A stretch of 64,000 bases of DNA from a virus (taxonomy: Duplodnaviria; Heunggongvirae; Uroviricota; Caudoviricetes): the IMG/VR virus record IMGVR_UViG_3300035502_000495; one strand, given 5' to 3'. Made by a program: the position numbers and the translations under genes. Positions 48,045 to 58,349 of the stretch are shown here, piece after piece; position 1 is the first letter of the stretch; each line of letters opens with the position of its first letter. The notes beneath the pieces were generated by a model. That model was not told where the DNA came from. It did not search any database and was given only the letters and a program-made list of their open reading frames with translations.

Positions 48045-49262
48045 TTAATTGTGATATTTAAGTAAAAACTCGTTACTAACTGCTTTGAAACTTTTAGTTC
48101 CGTCTTGAGAGCGGAATACCAATCCTTCCCGCATACCGCCATCGATTGCGGAATCCGCAGTTGCAATATTAAGTAACTCTTCAACCGTATCAGGCAAAAT
48201 AAATTTCTCATCTACTATTGGCACCCAAGGGATACCATACTCTGCCATAATAGCTGCTGCTTCTACAGAATTTAAACGTCCTCTATCAGAGAAAATAAGA
48301 TTAAATCCTGCAAACTCATGTTCTTTAAGAGAATATTCACGCTTTTGAATCCCAGCTCCATAGGTTTCTCCTTGTAAAGTTGCCCACTCCAAATTATATT
48401 TCTCTACTAAATCACCAAGCACATCCTCAAAATGATACTTTTCAGACATCTCGGTATATGGATTAAAATCATAGTAGCAATTCTTATCAGGTTTATCAAA
48501 TACTACATTACGTGAGCAGATAAAATAATCATGCTTCTTTCTTCCAGTTTTTCGGTAAGTAGCTGTTGTTGAGCTGCCATCAATTTTCTCTGTAGCAATC
48601 CATTCTGACTTATCATTTAAAATCCATGACATGCACTGGACCCGCTCTTCATCTGTTTTCTGGACCCATGTAGGCCATGCGGTCTTCTTATCTTTCTTCT
48701 TACCAAAGAAGAAAAACATCACCTTTCTGCCCCACTCTCGTCTCATCATCCATTTTGCCCATGATTTCTTAAATATATCAGGTCTACGTTGAGACATTTT
48801 CTTATATTTGTCCTCAGAATTTGCCTTACGCCTATTATCTTCCTCAGCAGAATAAATAACTTTAAGTTCTTTAGTTAAAAATCTTGATTCATCATCTATT
48901 CTATGAATTTCTCCACTATCTGGAATTATAATAGCATTATCATCATACTTAGTCCAACCAAAATCTAAAGGATGCATAAGCAAACCTTGTGAAACGAAAT
49001 TTCCAGCTCCGCCAAATGTATAGCGTTGAGTCTTAATCTTATAATGCTTCTTTTCAAGGAACGCAAAAACTTCTGTCTCTGGTACTTTTGAGTCTATCTC
49101 AAAATATACTCCAATCTCACCTCGCTGGAAGGTATTTTTCTTGACCATAATCTGCCAACCGCCTACAACCGCGGCTTCGCAATTATCTGAACCCTTAATA
49201 GGAATAATCGCGTCTATTTTCACCAAGTACGCGAGCTCTCTTTCTTGTCTCTCGTTTAACAT
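48045..49262 (-). CDS. RNA ligase (Rnl5/DraRnl-like, N-terminal extra domain)
   Basis: Motif I ATEKIDGSS (KxDG), motif IV/V REGLVFRS...KSFKAV; about 200-aa N-terminal domain preceding the nucleotidyltransferase core. Confidence 0.6.
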   Translation of the reverse strand: MLNERQERELAYLVKIDAIIPIKGSDNCEAAVVGGWQIMVKKNTFQRGEIGVYFEIDSKVPETEVFAFLEKKHYKIKTQRYTFGGAGNFVSQGLLMHPLDFGWTKYDDNAIIIPDSGEIHRIDDESRFLTKELKVIYSAEEDNRRKANSEDKYKKMSQRRPDIFKKSWAKWMMRREWGRKVMFFFFGKKKDKKTAWPTWVQKTDEERVQCMSWILNDKSEWIATEKIDGSSTTATYRKTGRKKHDYFICSRNVVFDKPDKNCYYDFNPYTEMSEKYHFEDVLGDLVEKYNLEWATLQGETYGAGIQKREYSLKEHEFAGFNLIFSDRGRLNSVEAAAIMAEYGIPWVPIVDEKFILPDTVEELLNIATADSAIDGGMREGLVFRSQDGTKSFKAVSNEFLLKYHN

Positions 49263-49265
49263 TCT

Positions 49266-49820
49266 TTAAACCTCCTTATGCATTTTAAAAAATACTGGAA
49301 CACCAATAGTATCATCAGTTTTTATTATATAATCATCTTGACCTGTGCTACTGACTACCATGCCATATCCAAAAGTATCATCATTACTTGTCCAATATGG
49401 TATTAATTTTTTAGAAAGATAATCTCCTTTCACTCTTGCTAAATTTCCATACCTTTTATACCAAGTAAAGTGCTTATCTTTATTTTTTTCTCCCTCAGTT
49501 CCAAATAATTGATAAGTATCTGGAATAAATAAATAATCTATATCTTTTAGTGTATTTTTATCAAAAATTGCAATTTTATTATATACTAAGCCTGTATTAT
49601 AAATTTCTGTTAAAATGTCCACTATATCGTCCCATAAAACTTTAGCAAATATTTCATCAAAAGAAAAAAAATAATCATTATTATCTATATGAATACAAGT
49701 GCATGGATGATGACAAATAGCAACTCTATCTCCAACTTTTACATTATCACCATTAATTAATTCTTGTAATAAAGATTTTTCATCTTTTTCTCTAACATCT
49801 CTATCAGGATATTTCAGCAT
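49266..49820 (-). CDS. hypothetical protein, paralog B of 44892..45437
   Basis: See paralog A; immediately upstream of the RNA ligase gene. Confidence 0.5.
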   Translation of the reverse strand: MLKYPDRDVREKDEKSLLQELINGDNVKVGDRVAICHHPCTCIHIDNNDYFFSFDEIFAKVLWDDIVDILTEIYNTGLVYNKIAIFDKNTLKDIDYLFIPDTYQLFGTEGEKNKDKHFTWYKRYGNLARVKGDYLSKKLIPYWTSNDDTFGYGMVVSSTGQDDYIIKTDDTIGVPVFFKMHKEV

Positions 49821-50230
49821 TATATATAGCCTCCTTCATATAAATTATGCGGAAGCTCGGTCATATGCTCGGGAATCGGGACCTTCCGCCAATCAACTTT
49901 ATCTTCTCTTGGCTTCTCATTCCGCCAAACATCTAAATCATCTACGATAAAAGTATTCATTATATCCATTGTTAAGTTCCAATTAATAAAAGGATTTGTT
50001 TTGAAATAATCTAAAGGATAATTTTTATAATATTTAGTCTTTTTATCATAAACTCTTAATATAACATAAAGAATACCACCTGAGCCATCTCGAAATTGCT
50101 CCCATCTTGCTTTAACTTGCCTTACTACGAAACGTCCTCTCCAAAGGTCGTCGTTTTCACAGACTTTATTAAGTTCTCTAATCTTTTTATTTAAAGCGTG
50201 TTGATAAGATTTCTCCATTTTGTTCCTCAT
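49820..50230 (-). CDS. hypothetical protein
   Basis: 136-aa ORF. Confidence 0.3.
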   Translation of the reverse strand: MRNKMEKSYQHALNKKIRELNKVCENDDLWRGRFVVRQVKARWEQFRDGSGGILYVILRVYDKKTKYYKNYPLDYFKTNPFINWNLTMDIMNTFIVDDLDVWRNEKPREDKVDWRKVPIPEHMTELPHNLYEGGYI

Positions 50231-50244
50231 ATTATTCCCTCCAA

Positions 50245-50529
50245 TTATTCATAAACTTCATAATCCTGCATTTCTAAATATGCTATATCTTCAAATTCAA
50301 GAGGCTCTTCTCCTGCGTCATCTTCTTCATCAATAGTTCCATTTAAATTATAATCATCTACATCAAAAGCTCCATCCGCACGTTCCATTAAATATTTCTG
50401 CTTATCAACATCATTATATAAACTACTCCAGTTATTTAATCCCATAGCACAAAGAAAGTCTAATTTAATCTTTGCTGTTAATAAATTATCTAAATCCTTT
50501 TCATCTATAATGTACTTTTTTGCTAACAT
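50245..50529 (-). CDS. acidic hypothetical protein
   Basis: 94 aa, D/E-rich; promoter motif copy upstream. Confidence 0.3.
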   Translation of the reverse strand: MLAKKYIIDEKDLDNLLTAKIKLDFLCAMGLNNWSSLYNDVDKQKYLMERADGAFDVDDYNLNGTIDEEDDAGEEPLEFEDIAYLEMQDYEVYE

Positions 50530-50619
50530 TTAAAATTCCTTCTTTCTTTTTATTTTATATAAATATTATATAATAATTTTTAATAAAAAACAATTAAGAG
50601 TAAAACTCTCGCTTTACTC

Positions 50620-51435
50620 TTATAGTTCTTTAACTTTCATCTTTTCGTTCATTACATCATATAAATCAACAGCAGAAGTATTATATAACATTAACTGACG
50701 CGGATTCTGGTATGTAGGAACGCCTATCTGACGTGGATATTCCCTAACTGCATGATAATGTCCCCATAATATAGCTTTATAATTCATTTGATACTCAATT
50801 TCACCTAAATACCGCTCCATAGTTTTATCTACAGTTGACTGGTCTAAGTTAAATATAAATAAATCAGTAGGCTCAAATGCAATAGGGCAAGTATGGGATA
50901 AAATTAAATCACATTCATAATTCATTTCTTTTATGAGGTCTTTTCCCATTTCCATTTCTTGGGCGGAAAGCTGTTCTGTAGGATTCCAAGTCCAGCCCAT
51001 CATCACACGATAATATTTATCTACAGAGTATCCACCTGGCACTATTAGTGTTTTATAATGTTCTCCATTATAAGGAATATGATAAATATTTACATAATCC
51101 ATAGCATATTTAATATATGGATAATCATTTTCTACATATACATAACTACCCCAAAAAGGTTCTAGGTGCCATTCTGTAGGATGCTTTATAGCTTGTTCTG
51201 AGGCACGTAAATCGTGGTTCCCGCGTATTATAAAAAAAGTAAAAGGAAATTTACCTAAATGTTTCTTTAACTCTTCATCTCGTTTATTCTCAAAGAAAAG
51301 AATCCCCGCATCACCCAGTATAATCATTGTTTTATCTGCTTCATTATACTCTTGATTAATATTGTGGCGCTGATGAAAATTTCTTATATATTTCCAATCT
51401 CCATGTAAGTCTGCCATTAAATATATTTTATCCAT
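50620..51435 (-). CDS. calcineurin-like metallophosphoesterase
   Basis: MADLHGD, GDAGILF, RGNHD, WGHYH motifs. Confidence 0.65.
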   Translation of the reverse strand: MDKIYLMADLHGDWKYIRNFHQRHNINQEYNEADKTMIILGDAGILFFENKRDEELKKHLGKFPFTFFIIRGNHDLRASEQAIKHPTEWHLEPFWGSYVYVENDYPYIKYAMDYVNIYHIPYNGEHYKTLIVPGGYSVDKYYRVMMGWTWNPTEQLSAQEMEMGKDLIKEMNYECDLILSHTCPIAFEPTDLFIFNLDQSTVDKTMERYLGEIEYQMNYKAILWGHYHAVREYPRQIGVPTYQNPRQLMLYNTSAVDLYDVMNEKMKVKEL

Positions 51436-51436
51436 A

Positions 51437-51634
51437 TTAATTGTTCCTTTTGAATTTATTAAATTTTTTACTATTTACTCCATTCTGGCACCCTCGACAA
51501 ATTTCATGCTCATTACATTCATTAAGACAACACGCATACAAACTATCCTTCATATTAAATAATTCACAACAAATTTTACATTTTTTACCACATTTTAAAT
51601 AATGTTTAGGCATAATTTCATCAAAATAGCACAT
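51437..51634 (-). CDS. cysteine-rich zinc-finger protein
   Basis: 65 aa with about 12 Cys (CGKKCKICC...CCLNEC...CRGC). Confidence 0.4.
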   Translation of the reverse strand: MCYFDEIMPKHYLKCGKKCKICCELFNMKDSLYACCLNECNEHEICRGCQNGVNSKKFNKFKRNN

Positions 51635-51715
51635 TCAATTTTCTCCCTTTTATTTTTAATATAAATATATTATATCAAAAATTTTTATAAAAATAAAGGC
51701 GAAATTTCTTATCGT

Positions 51716-52027
51716 CTATCCTTTATAATGTATTTTATTAATATTTTCTATTGTTAATTCTTTTTCTTTATTTATTTGTTCTATTATTTGCTCTTCACTA
51801 GGAAAAACAAAATAAATACATTGTGAGTTACTATAAGAATCTCTCATATTTTCCAATGCCTTCATTCCATACTCTTCTTTTGAATAACTTGCAATTGTAA
51901 CATAAAGTGCTCCTCCAACGCAGGCAGAAACTGCGCAACATTCATTATGTAGTTTTGTAAGTAATTTTACTATAGTATTAGAACCATATGCAATATCAAT
52001 ATTTTTATTCTGAGATAAAAGTCTCAT
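51716..52027 (-). CDS. hypothetical protein
   Basis: 103 aa, HNECCAVSACVGG motif. Confidence 0.3.
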   Translation of the reverse strand: MRLLSQNKNIDIAYGSNTIVKLLTKLHNECCAVSACVGGALYVTIASYSKEEYGMKALENMRDSYSNSQCIYFVFPSEEQIIEQINKEKELTIENINKIHYKG

Positions 52028-52031
52028 ATTC

Positions 52032-52259
52032 CTACCCTCTTTCTTTCCATTCTCTTAAATCACAAAGAGGCTCATCAATCATACTCATATGACAAATAAT
52101 ATTACAAATAAGATTAATGACCTCTTCTTTTTTAGAAGTGTACAAAATAATATTATTTTTATTAGTCAAAAGATTAAAATTATTATGCTTCTTTTTTATT
52201 TCTAATTTATATTTATCTAAATCTATAAGATGCAAACCATCTTGGCTAATTATCTGCAT
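52032..52259 (-). CDS. hypothetical protein
   Basis: 75-aa ORF. Confidence 0.25.
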   Translation of the reverse strand: MQIISQDGLHLIDLDKYKLEIKKKHNNFNLLTNKNNIILYTSKKEEVINLICNIICHMSMIDEPLCDLREWKERG

Positions 52260-52536
52260 CTACATCATCACCTAAATCTTCTTTTACAGTTTCATCATTA
52301 GGAAAAAGAAATGAAGGTTTTTCAGCCATTCCCGCAAGATTAAGTATTTTCATTACATAATCCCTATGCTCAATTGTAGTATATCTCCCCAAAAGAAAAG
52401 AACAAGCAGGGGTCATTCGAGCAACTATTTGATATGGATAATCTTTATCTTCTTGTGACATTCTATTACGTACACATTCTATAAAACTTAATTCATATGG
52501 TATATTTACCCTATTATCATAACTTATTAATCTCAT
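52246..52536 (-). CDS. hypothetical protein
   Basis: 96-aa ORF. Confidence 0.3.
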   Translation of the reverse strand: MRLISYDNRVNIPYELSFIECVRNRMSQEDKDYPYQIVARMTPACSFLLGRYTTIEHRDYVMKILNLAGMAEKPSFLFPNDETVKEDLGDDVDADN

Positions 52537-52554
52537 AATAAATCTCCTTATTTA

Positions 52555-53232
52555 TTAATATCTACTCATTATATAACTTTGTGAGTCTATTATTTCTGAC
52601 ATTGACATTTCTCTGCCCCAATGGATTGATGAATTGTAGTTTCCTTCTGCGACGATTACCGAGTTTTCTCTTACTTCCAATACTGTTACTGAATGTGTGT
52701 CGTTGTAAACTCTTAGCATATCGCCAACCTTTATGTTGCTGTAGTCCTTATGGATATAAGCCTTTGCGTTCCCAAATGCCTTGTCGCTTACGTAGAAGCA
52801 AAATGCTGCACAGCCAAAACCGCCTACATATATTCCACCGTTCCACTCATAGTAGTCATCATTTGTCCAGTGCATCCCCTCTGGAAACACTGATTTCTGT
52901 GCCATAATTATATTATAAACTTCTTGCTGTCTATTGTCGCTTAATCCATCTTTTTGTATATAAAGAATTTCATTATTAATTTCTACTTGATAATAATTAT
53001 TATTAGTAATTCCTATTACTAAAATAGGAATATTTTTATCTATATCATCACTACTTAATATCATTGTATTTTCATCAGCTTCACTAAAAAAGCATGTTTT
53101 ATCATTTGTGTAAAGAATATCTTGCATATCTGTAATTGTATATTCCGCGGCTTTCAATGGCATTAAAAATCCTAAAGATAAAAAAATACTAGCAATAAAT
53201 ATACGTATGATAATATAAAATATTCTTTTCAT
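52555..53232 (-). CDS. secreted CHAP/NlpC-P60-like peptidoglycan hydrolase
   Basis: Signal peptide; candidate catalytic Cys in GGFGCAAFCFYV and His in NDTHSVTVLEV. Confidence 0.4.
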   Translation of the reverse strand: MKRIFYIIIRIFIASIFLSLGFLMPLKAAEYTITDMQDILYTNDKTCFFSEADENTMILSSDDIDKNIPILVIGITNNNYYQVEINNEILYIQKDGLSDNRQQEVYNIIMAQKSVFPEGMHWTNDDYYEWNGGIYVGGFGCAAFCFYVSDKAFGNAKAYIHKDYSNIKVGDMLRVYNDTHSVTVLEVRENSVIVAEGNYNSSIHWGREMSMSEIIDSQSYIMSRY

Positions 53233-53333
53233 TTTATTACTCCCCTCACTAAAAGAACCCTTGAGGTTTTATCTCTTTTACTTTATATTTATATTTAATT
53301 GTATAAATTTTATTTATAAGTATAAATATTTTA

Positions 53334-53696
53334 TTATTGTCCTATTAAAGCGGCTGCCGCCTGAATAATATAATCAATAATATCTTGTGCAGTTTGCCCA
53401 GCTACTTTAAGATTATCTGGCGTTACAAGAGAAGCTATAAGCATCTGATAACAAATTTTTTCTGATGGAATTAGTATTGCAAAAACACATAAAAATATTG
53501 ATAATATAAAAAACTTTTTAAACCATTTTTTTATATTTTCTCTTTGCACTTTTGAAAGTTCATCTTCTCCTATAAGGAGAATACCTGCAATAAATGTTAT
53601 AGTGCTACATGCTACACAAGTCCAAATACAAAAATCTTTTAAACAATAACTTATATTTATTAAATAGAATAAGTAAGGTTTTATAAAAGGCTCCAT
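53334..53696 (-). CDS. membrane protein
   Basis: 120 aa, 3-4 hydrophobic helices. Confidence 0.3.
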   Translation of the reverse strand: MEPFIKPYLFYLINISYCLKDFCIWTCVACSTITFIAGILLIGEDELSKVQRENIKKWFKKFFILSIFLCVFAILIPSEKICYQMLIASLVTPDNLKVAGQTAQDIIDYIIQAAAALIGQ

Positions 53697-54080
53697 TTAA
53701 TTATCTCCTTTGCTTTGTTTATAATCACTTATTTGTATTATTGCGGCAGCTTCTTCCTGTGTTAAATCTGGGTCAATTAACATAACAGCTTCATATAAAT
53801 CCATATCTGCAACTGCTGCCTGTCTCATAATTACATATACATCATATTTATCTTTACCTGTTATTTTTACTATTGTTTCAAATAATTCATATGAAATATT
53901 TGCATTTCGACATCTTTCTTCAGTAATAGGACTATATTTCATTGTTGAGGCTAAAAGAACTATTGAAAGTGTAAGTCCTGATAAAGCAAAAACAATCCCT
54001 AATTCATTTTCCTCACTACAAATAAATACTACAATACCTACAAAAATTCCTATAATACAAATTACTTCAACAGTCATCAC
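53697..54080 (-). CDS. membrane protein
   Basis: 127 aa, three N-terminal hydrophobic helices. Confidence 0.3.
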   Translation of the reverse strand: MMTVEVICIIGIFVGIVVFICSEENELGIVFALSGLTLSIVLLASTMKYSPITEERCRNANISYELFETIVKITGKDKYDVYVIMRQAAVADMDLYEAVMLIDPDLTQEEAAAIIQISDYKQSKGDN

Positions 54081-54328
54081 AGGTCTTTATTCTCTTTTCG
54101 TCTAATTCTATCTAACTTTTGTTTACGGTTGTCGGTTCTTGCAGGCTTGGCTCCCGCCTTCTTTTTATAACTTCCGCATGTTTGGCAATGATGCCAGAAA
54201 GTTCCTTCTTTTCCTAAATTACATGAGCCTTCATTAATATAATGTTCGCATACTATCACTCTGTCTTTCATCACTATTACCTCCTGAGATATTTTCATAT
54301 GAAATATAATCTGGACATTCTTTTTCAT
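54077..54328 (-). CDS. small zinc-binding basic protein
   Basis: CEHY...C...HHCQTCG then K/R-rich tail. Confidence 0.3.
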   Translation of the reverse strand: MKKNVQIIFHMKISQEVIVMKDRVIVCEHYINEGSCNLGKEGTFWHHCQTCGSYKKKAGAKPARTDNRKQKLDRIRRKENKDL

Positions 54329-54417
54329 TTATATTTCCAAACATAAATATAAAACATCTTCCTTTGCCGTCATTTAATCCACATTCTAAATTATCACAAT
54401 TCATTAATGACATAATA

Positions 54418-54678
54418 TTAATCTCCTAATGTTATTCTAATATAACAATTACCATTCTTTTTCCCATTATCATCCATATCAGGGAAGCAATCTATAGAGC
54501 CATCTCCTTCGTTGTCTTTTGTTTTAATTAAATGACACTTTAATAAATACCAAGGAACCTCACATGCCAAACCTTCAAAAACAATTTCCCAATCTTCATT
54601 ATCTTTAATTCCTACATTTTGAAAAATTACTAAATTTGTACAACTATCAATATATTTAATTAATTTACCTAATTTCAT
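54418..54678 (-). CDS. hypothetical protein
   Basis: 86-aa ORF. Confidence 0.25.
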   Translation of the reverse strand: MKLGKLIKYIDSCTNLVIFQNVGIKDNEDWEIVFEGLACEVPWYLLKCHLIKTKDNEGDGSIDCFPDMDDNGKKNGNCYIRITLGD

Positions 54679-54689
54679 TTTATACCTCC

Positions 54690-55355
54690 CTATCCTAAAA
54701 AATCACTAAAATCAAGGATTACAGGACGAGTTCCTATATATCCTATATTATCTGTATGTAAATCTGTAATGTTATATTCATATATAAAGTTCATTAGTTT
54801 ATTAAAAGTTTTTAAACCATAATATTCAAAAGCATCTGCTAACCATTCTGGGTCAAAACATCTAAAACAATGCTCTTCGCAATACCTTTTCATTTTAATA
54901 GATTTTTCACTTCTATAATCTAAATCATCACCATTTTTTTCTCTAAAAGTACATGCTCTTTCTTGAATATAAATAGGATAATTATTTATAAAACCTAATA
55001 AACGAGTTTTACAAAAGCACTTATTAATATGTTCTTTTTTAGCTTCATTATAATATGATACTTCTGTAAGGCAATAATCCCAATATGAATGAGTTGTTGT
55101 ATTAGCACCATTAAAATCTTTATAATAAGTTTCTCCATATGGTTTTTCATCATCTAACATTTCTTGTCCTCTAAAAGGAATTTTTATAACATAATCAGCG
55201 CCCATTGGAATAATGCAAACTTTACTTATCCCAAAACTATAGTCATAGCTAAAATTTTCAGGTAAGTTATAAATAACTTGTTCTTCGACATTTTCTGCGG
55301 TAAGAGCATCAAAATCGCAATTTTTAAATAAGTCTAATAAAAAATCTCTTTGCAT
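54690..55355 (-). CDS. hypothetical Cys-rich protein
   Basis: 221 aa; promoter motif copy upstream. Confidence 0.3.
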   Translation of the reverse strand: MQRDFLLDLFKNCDFDALTAENVEEQVIYNLPENFSYDYSFGISKVCIIPMGADYVIKIPFRGQEMLDDEKPYGETYYKDFNGANTTTHSYWDYCLTEVSYYNEAKKEHINKCFCKTRLLGFINNYPIYIQERACTFREKNGDDLDYRSEKSIKMKRYCEEHCFRCFDPEWLADAFEYYGLKTFNKLMNFIYEYNITDLHTDNIGYIGTRPVILDFSDFLG

Positions 55356-55432
55356 ATTTACTCCTTCTTTTTTATTTATATAAATATTATATAATAAATT
55401 TTAATAAAAATAAAGAAAGAATAAAATTTGCA

Positions 55433-55645
55433 TTATTCTTTATTAGATTGCATATCTTTTATTAAAGTTCTTATTTCTTTATTTTCTTTTTCTAATTTTT
55501 CAATTTTATATTTTAAAGAACCTACTTCCATTATTAAGCTCTTTATTTCTTCAATATAATTATTATAACTATGACGATAAATATTGCTAATATCCATTTT
55601 TTCTTCCTTCCATTTTATTTTATTTCTATTTCTTTTATAACGCAT
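55433..55645 (-). CDS. small coiled-coil protein
   Basis: 70 aa. Confidence 0.25.
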   Translation of the reverse strand: MRYKRNRNKIKWKEEKMDISNIYRHSYNNYIEEIKSLIMEVGSLKYKIEKLEKENKEIRTLIKDMQSNKE

Positions 55646-56256
55646 CTTGTCAAAATTGTTTGTTTCTCTTCATTATATTCATTAAACTCTTTTATTGTTC
55701 CAGTAAGTTCAATTGCAGCACCCTTTTCTAATTTTAATTCTTTTTGAGTAAACCAAATAAAAATATAATTATCTCTAACAAAAGAATGAATATAAGTATA
55801 ACCAAATTTACTCAAGAAACCGCGGGTTGTCTTATACTTTACAGTTAGGTCACGGATTCTTTCACCAACTTCTGCATTGTAATATTCTGTATTGTTAGGT
55901 CCAATTGCTTCTTTAAATCTCTTGTCAATAATTATCTTTACATTTTCAAAGTAAAAAGCATTACCCTCTTCCTCATTCCACTCCATAAGTTCATCAAAAG
56001 AAAAGCAAACCATACCATAACCAACCTCTAAATCAAGCAGCTGCGGCGAGTGCCATTTTAAGAGTGGAGAATATTTACAACCAAGATTTTTAAGTTCATC
56101 TTTAATTGCATAAGTATCATCTCCAAAGACACTATATGTAAAGCCGTCAGCACTAAAACCATTTTTTTCTAGCCATTCTACTTTTGTCATATTAATCCCA
56201 CCATCCTTCATAATAAGAGTCATCATAATTTTCCCATGTATTATCATAAAGTTCAT
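55615..56256 (-). CDS. hypothetical protein
   Basis: 213-aa ORF (start may be internal). Confidence 0.3.
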   Translation of the reverse strand: MNFMIIHGKIMMTLIMKDGGINMTKVEWLEKNGFSADGFTYSVFGDDTYAIKDELKNLGCKYSPLLKWHSPQLLDLEVGYGMVCFSFDELMEWNEEEGNAFYFENVKIIIDKRFKEAIGPNNTEYYNAEVGERIRDLTVKYKTTRGFLSKFGYTYIHSFVRDNYIFIWFTQKELKLEKGAAIELTGTIKEFNEYNEEKQTILTRCVIKEIEIK

Positions 56257-56587
56257 TTACACTAATATTATGAGCTTCAATATAACCCTCCATCTGCTCT
56301 ATTTCTTCATTTTCTAACATTTCATCAATCTGTTGTATAGTTTCTGCAATAGTAGTAGTTGGAAAGTAAAAATTCTTTAGCTCAATCAATTCATCCCATG
56401 AGGTTCCAAATCTATATGAGCCTGAAATAACTGCGGCTGCCAGCATCTTAGCATCTGTAATCTCGGTCTTATTATACCAATCGAGAGCTCTTTTTCTGAT
56501 TGTATTTGTAGTTTCTATAATGCCCTCCTCCTCAAAAAAATTAATTACTGTTGTGACTGCTTTTTCAATTAATTCATAATTTATCAT
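56192..56587 (-). CDS. acidic hypothetical protein
   Basis: 131 aa; promoter motif copy upstream. Confidence 0.3.
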   Translation of the reverse strand: MINYELIEKAVTTVINFFEEEGIIETTNTIRKRALDWYNKTEITDAKMLAAAVISGSYRFGTSWDELIELKNFYFPTTTIAETIQQIDEMLENEEIEQMEGYIEAHNISVNELYDNTWENYDDSYYEGWWD

Positions 56588-56662
56588 ATAAATAACCTCT
56601 TTCTTTTTATTTACTTTATATATATATTATAATAAAAATTTTAATAAAAATAAAGAGGAAGA

Positions 56663-56857
56663 TTACTTCTTCCTCTTTGCACTTTGAACTAAATCATATG
56701 TTATATTTCCAGCTAAAAAACTCCAGCATGCCGCACCTGTTAAATTTGCAAATATTAAAAAATTATTTGGAATATAATAAGCAGACAGCACACCTGCTAA
56801 ACAAAGTAATATAAAAAATATACTAATTATTAATCTAATTATATTTCTTTTTAACAT
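56663..56857 (-). CDS. small membrane protein
   Basis: 64 aa, two hydrophobic helices. Confidence 0.3.
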   Translation of the reverse strand: MLKRNIIRLIISIFFILLCLAGVLSAYYIPNNFLIFANLTGAACWSFLAGNITYDLVQSAKRKK

Positions 56858-57054
56858 AATTATTTCTCCTTATTTTAATTATTAAATAACAATTTTATTA
56901 ATTCTATTATAATATAAATAATTCGAGTTCCATAAAGAAATATTAAACAAAAGAAAAAAAGCATACACCATATTATTCCAATTACTTGCATTTATTTTTA
57001 TACCTCCTAAAATGCGGAAGGTAGGTTAGTAGCGCTACTAACCTACGATTGCCG

Positions 57055-58170
57055 CTATACAGAATAATGGATTTGTGTTTCCTTTTGACGATGGAAAATT
57101 AATTTAATTGGCTTTACATCTTTGTATTTAGTATATATATTATAATCCTCTTCATCATTTGGATTATTAAGATAATCATAAAGACTAAATGTTAAAGAAT
57201 TTTGAGGTATAATACAATTTCCTGAAGTAGTATCAAAGATATTATCAGAAGGAATAAATGATAATTTACCTAAATCATATCTTCCCATTATATCGTCAAA
57301 TTCAATACTATTTTCTTCATCACTAAATAAATCAATTGGATAATTATATTTTCTAAGTTGCTCACCATTGCTAAGTTGAAGAACAAGATTATATCTATCT
57401 TCTTTAAGATTAATAATATTTAAATCTTTTATAGCTTCCTCAAAGGGGCTTCCGCAATTTAATTCAAAAGCTATAGCTCTTAGGCAATCATAATTTAAAT
57501 TAATCTTCTTAGAAAAAGATATAACTGCCTTTATTTCTGTCCAATATACTTTATCAAGATGCTCTTGTAAATATTGAGTAATATCTTCTGATGTTGGATA
57601 TTGAAATCTAAAATGATAATGAAAACGCCCAGGTCTATTTACTAAGAATGAGTTTAATTGGTTTAAATTATTACATGTTACTACAAAGAGCTTTTTTCCT
57701 TGAGCAATACCATCAAATAATGATAGCATCTCTGCCTGTGGGTCTAAATTATCTAATCTTTGAAATACTTTATCAAATTCATCAAATAAAACTACTACTT
57801 CTTGTTCTATTTGGTTAAGATATTCCGCTATCCCGCGTACATATGAATTTACTATTATAAGTGGCAATCCTTGCTCTATAGCTTTTTGAGCGAGCATCTT
57901 AGAGAATAAAGACTTACCAATACCCTTATCTCCGCTTAAAATTACACCTAAATTACGATTAAAATGATTAAATGTATTTAATACTTTATTTACTTTTGCT
58001 TCATGAACGCCATAAATCTTTTCTTTAATCTCTATATCAGCATAAAGAGTTAAAAAGAAACCTTGATTTGGGTCAAAATTTACTAAATAGCTTTGAGCAG
58101 GCAACTCATCATAAGTGTGCATACTATTGCTATAGATTCTATATTCATTTCCAGTTTGAATTGCTTTCAT
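57055..58170 (-). CDS. AAA+ ATPase
   Basis: Walker A GDKGIGKS, Walker B VVLFDEFDK, extra N- and C-terminal domains. Confidence 0.6.
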   Translation of the reverse strand: MKAIQTGNEYRIYSNSMHTYDELPAQSYLVNFDPNQGFFLTLYADIEIKEKIYGVHEAKVNKVLNTFNHFNRNLGVILSGDKGIGKSLFSKMLAQKAIEQGLPLIIVNSYVRGIAEYLNQIEQEVVVLFDEFDKVFQRLDNLDPQAEMLSLFDGIAQGKKLFVVTCNNLNQLNSFLVNRPGRFHYHFRFQYPTSEDITQYLQEHLDKVYWTEIKAVISFSKKINLNYDCLRAIAFELNCGSPFEEAIKDLNIINLKEDRYNLVLQLSNGEQLRKYNYPIDLFSDEENSIEFDDIMGRYDLGKLSFIPSDNIFDTTSGNCIIPQNSLTFSLYDYLNNPNDEEDYNIYTKYKDVKPIKLIFHRQKETQIHYSV

Positions 58171-58280
58171 ATTTTAAATCCTCTTTCTTTATCATTTATA
58201 TAAATATTATATCATTTAATTTTTTAAAAATCAAATTTATAACAAAAGAAAAGAATAAACTAATATGATAGTAATATGAA

Positions 58281-58309
58281 TTGACTTTTCCCTAAATTTT
58301 TATTATAAT
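58281..58309 (+). promoter_or_regulatory. near-consensus sigma-70 promoter for plus-strand regulator block
   Basis: TTGACT - 17 nt - TATAAT; divergent from the minus-strand motif promoter at 58190-58240. Confidence 0.55.
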
Positions 58310-58349
58310 ATTAATATAAAAGAAAAATAGAAAGGAATAAATAGATAAA

